A DNA stretch of 63,996 nt, the filler included, from Diploschistes diacapsis (taxonomy: Eukaryota), in assembly GCA_023645945.1 (NCBI GenBank). It is 10 parts of 10 records of this genome, joined end to end, with 100 filler letters (N's around TTAATTAATTAA, not from the genome) between each part and the next. Parts side by side here need not be neighbours in the genome. Positions count along the whole stretch, not along the records: positions 58,316 to 63,996 come from JALAIB010001497.1; 9 more parts are not named here. One strand, 5' to 3'. Under the pieces are notes generated by a model. The model was not told the DNA's origin. It did not search any database and worked only from the letters and a program-made list of their open reading frames with translations. Position 1 is the stretch's first letter. Each line of letters starts with the position of its first letter. Shown piece after piece: positions 58,316 through 63,996 of this stretch. Both the position numbers and the translations under genes were made by a program.

Positions 58316-60295
58316 GTTGAGGAAGGTGCTGGGGGATTTGGTCTGGTAGTAGATGCTGAGGAGATGCCAGTGTATGGGGGGGTGGGAGAGGAGGGAGGAG
58401 ATGTAGGTTGACCAGGAGGTTTGGAAGGTATGGAAGTTGGGGCCGTGGGTTGAGGAGACGGTGGCAAAGTGGTTGGGAAGAGTGGATGTCGGGCTGGTGT
58501 CAGTGGGGCCCTCCGAGTCTGGCGGCAGGGCAAGGAGGAAAGCTTTGCAGATGTCGATATAAGCGGAAAAGGTCTTGGGTTGGGAAAGGTACACGTAACG
58601 GTGGCTGAAGCGGCTTTTGACGCGCTTCTCGAGGCTCTCAACGATGTCGATGCGGGTTGTTAGACCGAAAACTGCGATGGGTGCTTTGCGTGACTGCGCG
58701 ATGTCGAAGAGGTTATACAAAAGGGTTTGTCGTGGATGTGACGTGAAGAGATCAAACTCGTTGAGAACAAATATCACGGACTTCGAAGTCATCTCGCGCT
58801 CGCCTGCAGAAGAAGATAATAACTCTCCGGGCTGCGAAAGTAGGGCTAGTAGCGAAGAGAGAGTATCTGCATAGTTTCCTCGATCGTCCATTGAGCCGTC
58901 TTCAATCTTCATTTCTTTGCCTAGCTGCCGCCATATTTCTCTTAAGGCAAGCTTATCATCTGTCTGAAAGAAGCCATTTAATCGCACGACATGGAAATCA
59001 TTCTGATGTTGGGCCCCAATGTGTGATAATGCAGTCTCTAGCACTGTTGTTTTCGCAGTCCCTCTTGCGCCAATGAGTAACATTGAGTTCCCTTCACCTG
59101 CAGCAACCGTTTGCTCCAGAACCTGGAAGACTTTCTGGTAAGCTTTTTCGTGATCCGCGCCTACAATGGGTTTCAGGCAGCGACCAGTTAGATAGCCTAA
59201 TATTCCATCCTTGATCATAGTCATGAAACCTTCCTTGGCAGGATCCTCGACTAGCTTCTTCAGGTCCACTCTTGAAGTCTCCAATTGTCCAGGTTCATTT
59301 GAAATAACGGTAGTAGTCGCCTTGTCGTGAATTGGTTTTTCTTGTGCCTGTGCTGCATCATGACGCTTTTTCTTTGGGGTTGGTGATCTTGCTTCAACTC
59401 CGTCCACAGTCTGGTCAGTTTTGCTAGAGGTCCTTTCGTCATTGACAGATCGAGATATGATCCTGGAAGTATCTATGTCCAAAGATTCCTCCAAAGGCGC
59501 GGAGGTTTTGGGTGGTCTACCTCTCTTTCTTTTCGACTGAGGAGTCACTATTGATTGGATAGCCAAGCCTTTTGTTGGAGTCTTTGGCGCAGTATAGTTG
59601 TTTTGCTTGTTGGAAGTACTAGTAGGAAGGTTATCGAGCTTGCGCTCTTGCTGCATTGCCGAGTTTGGCAAGTTCGGGGCAATGCTTTGCTTCGCAGAGG
59701 TTGCTCGAGCCTTGGGCGCTTCTGCTTCCACCACCCCTGCCTCTGCGGCTGCGGATTTCCACGTCTTCTTCCGAGTGCGGCCGCTGCTGCGTACAACTAT
59801 AGTGTCGCCCTCTAAGTCCGACTCACCCGCTGCCGCTTCCTCCGCCCCTTTCCTGCCGGCAGCTTCCTTCTTCCCATTTGTGATATCTGCCCGCTCTTTT
59901 TCTTGTAGCTGTTCCGAATCATCGTTTTTAGGTACATTCGTGAGCTCCTCCTCTTTCTTACTAGCTGTCTTGCGACCTTCGCGACCGCGTGTAGACGGTG
60001 TATCGATTTCCTTGGAAAGCTCTTCGAGTTCATCTTGGGCCGTACTCATTGAATGATATGCAGAATCGGTGGAAGCTCCATTTCGCAGCTCATTATGGTT
60101 CTCCTCTTGTTCGTCCGAGACAGCAATGGAGTCAAAGGCACCATTGCCGGCAGACTTGGCTTTGTGCCGGCTCCCATATGTCAAGATTGAGCGCCGGCTT
60201 GACTTGCGGACTGAGCTGCGCGGCGCTTGAGATGGCGATGCGTCAGTTGAGCCGATTTTTTGCCGCTTTTTAGGTCGTGGGGAAGACTCGAACAT
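58316..60295 (-). CDS. ORC4: Origin recognition complex subunit 4, 3' partial
   Basis: GEGNSMLLIGARGTAKT, VVRLNGFFQTDDKLAL, EFDLFTSHPRQTLLYNLFD, LEKRVKSRFSHR; long disordered N-terminus with an AT-hook. Likely start is the ATG at 60295. Confidence 0.95.
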
Positions 60296-61109
60296 GCTTG
60301 AATCGTCTAAAGGAATCATGAAGATGAAGTGATTCCTATGCCGTCCAACGCTCCGCCGTATGCGGATGTCAAAAGCTTGGCACAGCCCTAGGCATGTGTT
60401 AACCGCGTTTCCACGTGACATCGCGGGTTCTAGAATGGAAACCTTGACGCCAAGAGTTGGCGGTGCCTTAACGAATTTCAAGTAACGTTTGTTGTTCAAG
60501 ACGCGCATAACATCAAAGGTGTATTTTTGACAAAACAAAAGCAGCTTGTTACTTTCAGAAACCGACACACTCTACCTTACGCGGTGTTTTGTGACAGACA
60601 GAAGCATCAGAATGTGAAGTCTCACAGAGTCAGAGGGCCCTAGTTTGTCAGCAGATTTAGGGTTTAAGCCCCTATCGTATCTCTTTATGCAAGGAAAAAC
60701 TCGGAAGAAAATTTAAGAGATCATCTACGCTGATTAACGCAAGATATATCAGCTTTTGCATGAAGCAAAACCCGTAATCTGGAACAATGACGCCTAAATG
60801 CAGCCCGATATTTTCTGTAGATGGTACGAAGCATGTGGCAAACAAAGGCTAATTTGAAAGAGAACGCGATATATCTTGTACTGTTTAGGAAGTGCATGGT
60901 CTAAATCAAAAGCGGCAAAGGAGTGCGTATCAATCTTCTGATTTGTTTTACCATAATTATTTTGTACGCTGTTTGTACGTGCTCTTGATGTTTCCTACAT
61001 TTTATCATTTAATCCTTTCCCCCTACTTTCCTGAGCCAAGGGATCGGATTGTGCAATATACTTCGTGCAGACTTGAAACGCAAGAACTGATCCGTCTATC
61101 AGATCCATC

Positions 61110-63228
61110 ATGTGCGGTATACTAGCCATTATCAACGCAGGCGCCTCCGAGAATACTGCAGCAGCCGAGCTCCATGAGGCCCTTTACCTCCTACAGCACC
61201 GCGGCCAGTCCGCGGCGGGGATTGTGACCTGCGGCACTGGCGGACGGTTTTACCAGTGCAAAGGCAATGGCATGGTATCGGATGTATTCAAGAATGGCCA
61301 GCGCATTGCTGACCTGCCCGGTAACATGGCTCTGGCCCATCTGCGCTACGGTACTTCGGGCTCAGGGACTAACGCTGAAAGTCAACCTTTGTAAGTAACT
61401 TTTGTCTCCATATTACTTTCACCCTCTGTATCCGCTCTTTGCGGCCTGAACTAATCTGAGGTTGATAAGCTACGTGAACTACCCTTATGGTGTTTGTCTG
61501 ACCTGCAATGGCAATTTAATCAACGCTCCGGGATTGAGAAGGCACCTTGACGAAGAAGCGCACCGACACCACAATACCGATAGCGACAGCGAGTTGATGC
61601 TTAACGTGTTCGCAGACGAACTCAATGTGACCGGGAAAGCGCGCATAAATGAAACTGATATCTTCTCGGCGCTACAGAGAATGTACATGATATGCAAGGG
61701 TGGATGGGCATGTACAGCCATGCTAGCAGGTCAGCGCATGGAAGTTTTGGTGTATAATTGTTTGACTGATGCCGCTAGGATACGGCGTGATCGGATTTCG
61801 CGATGCATTCGGTATCCGGCCCCTTGTCATTGGATCTCGACCCTCTCCAAACACCCCTGGTAAGAAGGACTGGATGATGGCGTCTGAGTCCGTCGCGCTC
61901 GACCAACGCGGCTTCACGGACGATATGCGAGACATACTTCCCGGCGAAGCCGTCATCATACCCAAGGCCACTAACACGCCCATTTTCCACCAGGTCCAGG
62001 AGCAGATCAAGTATGCGCCCGATATCTTCGAGTACGTGTACTTTGCGCGGCCGGACTCTATCATAGACGGCATAAGTGTCCAGGAAAGCAGGGAGAACAT
62101 GGGCTACAAGCTCGCGGATACTATTCGACAACGCCTTACCAAGGCAGAGCTTGCCGAGATTGACGCCATTATACCTATTCCCGAAACCGCAATCACGTCC
62201 GCAGCTTGCGTTGCAGAGCGGTTGAACAAGCCATTCTGCCAAGGCTTTGTCAAGAACCGCTATGTTTTCCGGACCTTTATCAGTAAGCTATCCGTTCTTA
62301 TCTTAGAAAGCCATGCAAACGCTGAAACCGCCAGTGCCCGGCCAAAAGATGCGAGAAAAGAGCGTCCGGCGCAAGCTCAACCCCATGAAAGTCAAATTCG
62401 CCGGCAAAAACGTCCTCCTGGTCGATGACAGCGTCGTCCGGGGCACTACGAGCCGCGAAATCGTCGCCATGGCACGAGAAAGCGGCGCAAAAAAGGTCGG
62501 TAGGCTTGCTATTGACCATCGCGTTTTTCCAGTAACGCTAATATCACTAGATATTTTTTAGCAGCTGCGCGCCTCGCATCACGTATGACGCTCCCCATTC
62601 CTACCGTAATCCGATTCTCTATCTCCTCATCCTCCTATATGTCGATCCTGACTTACAGTTGCGAAACAGAGACCCTCACATCTACGGCATCGACCTGGCC
62701 TCGAAGTCCGAGCTCATCGCCAACCACCGCAACGAGGCAGAGATCGCGCAGCACCTCGGTGCGGAGAAGATCATCTACCAGAAGCTCGAGGACCTCGTGG
62801 CCGCCTGTCTCGAGTGCCTCGATCCCAAGCACAACCAGAACAGCGAGCGCCCACGGCCAACGGAGTTCGAGGTTGGGGTTTTCTGTGGAAACTACGTGAC
62901 GCCCGTGGATCAAGGGTATTTCAACCATCTCGATCGGCTGCGCGGTGAGCCGAAGCAGTTCGAAGCTTCGATGCCCAATAAGCGGGCAAGAATTGAAGAT
63001 GGTGTAAGTGCACATGGCCATGGCGTGGCACCGAACGAAAATGGTGTGAAGTGCAATGGCACCGAAACGCCAGGCGTAGAGACAAAAGATGATCAGGAAG
63101 AGGCTATCGGCGCTATGCAGCGGCAAGGGAATGAAGAGCAGTTGTCGAGCAATAGGGATGCCTTGCCCAAGTATGACATGGACATTTCGTTGCACAACAT
63201 GGCGGATTATGAGACGGAGAGGCGGTAG
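61110..63228 (+). CDS. ADE4: Amidophosphoribosyltransferase, five introns
   Basis: [61 protein letters not shown]. Confidence 0.96.
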
Positions 63229-63844
63229 GAGATAGATATCTTTGCTGTGTTATGCAATATGGAGGTATGATTTGATGCAAACGCAATCGATAATGAATTG
63301 GAAATGAGGGGCGAGTCAAGGCAGACTTGATATCGGTCAAACACGGATAACAGTAGATAATGTGGAGCGCAAGCTTCTGTTGTTATTGAGCTTCGTCCGG
63401 CTTGAGTTTAATAGACATCCTTTCACCCTTCGAACATTGTACCGCGAAGGTACCGTTCCTCAACTAGGTGCCTAGCCACAATCTTGGGGCTGATCCTTTT
63501 CCTGCACTGCACGATCTGAATTGCTAGCAAAGCTAACTGGCATGCTTCGAAGCGATGTTGATGAACATTGATTCCTAATCTTGCGATTTTCGGGCTTGAA
63601 CGCCTCTGCTTCAACTTCTTAGTGGCAGCGAGTCTGAAGCTCTTCGGCGCCTGGATGCTCTAAGCAATCTTTGGCCACTTATCAACCAAGAATTCTCCCC
63701 AAACTTCTCATCTTCTTTATGGACATTGAGATGCCCCAAAATCGAGTCATATTACGCCCCCAAAGCCTACGATAATCGTTAGAATAATATCATGTGTCTG
63801 GCGACACATGATGTCGCCCTCCAGGTTCCTAAGCGAAGCAGTAA

Positions 63845-63996
63845 GTATTAAGTAAAAAATCTAGGCTTAAAAACCTGGGTAGGTTTATTGGGGGTTGCAC
63901 CCCCAAACCCCTGCTTTTTTTTATTTGTGGGGATTGCATCCCCACACCCCTGCTTTTAGAATTTAGCTGAATATTTAGGAATCTGAATAAATATAA
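63845..63996. repeat. Start of an AT-rich repeat with two GGG(G/A)TTGCA(C/T)CCC(C)A(A/C)ACCCCTGC hairpin-like units
   Basis: Units near 63890-63914 and 63928-63953 in AT-rich context. Confidence 0.45.

Noticed and set aside
60296..60568. 91-aa N-terminal extension of ORC4 in the ORF track; similar extensions for the ABC ATPase (22024) and PMA1 (26346)
   Set aside because: They begin at GTG/TTG codons, which are not normal fungal starts; downstream ATGs fit the families.
60400..60585. CGCG motifs upstream of ORC4 as MCB cell-cycle boxes
   Set aside because: No exact ACGCGT seen; too weak to call.

Overview
Filamentous ascomycete (Pezizomycotina) nuclear DNA with short spliceosomal introns and RIP-degraded AT-rich repeats. 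The window is not one locus. It is ten unrelated ~6.3-6.4 kb contigs in descending length order, joined by an artificial 100-nt spacer (N44-TTAATTAATTAA-N44), so neighbourhood only counts within a contig. Most contigs carry ordinary genes: ASNSD1-like, a Zn2Cys6 TF, an EamA transporter, an S28 peptidase, a steroid 5-alpha-reductase, a ModF-like ABC ATPase, a Pof10-like F-box protein, PMA1, a DCAF4-like protein, SWF1, PEX14, ILV2, GAL1, peroxisomal Lon, a GPI protein, ORC4 and ADE4. Three contigs are accessory. Contig 2 holds a decaying cluster of two DUF3328/UstYa-type oxidases, an O-methyltransferase and half a P450 between transposon remnants. Contig 6 holds three pseudogenes, including a CE15 glucuronoyl esterase the ORF track misses. 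Contig 8 holds one intact, intronless 843-aa ORF (uncharacterised MGTRG/HWDSYP domain, F-box-like motif, possible nuclease-fold tail) among RIP-destroyed elements; this is the best candidate for an undescribed system. All family calls come from motif recognition by eye; no database search was run.
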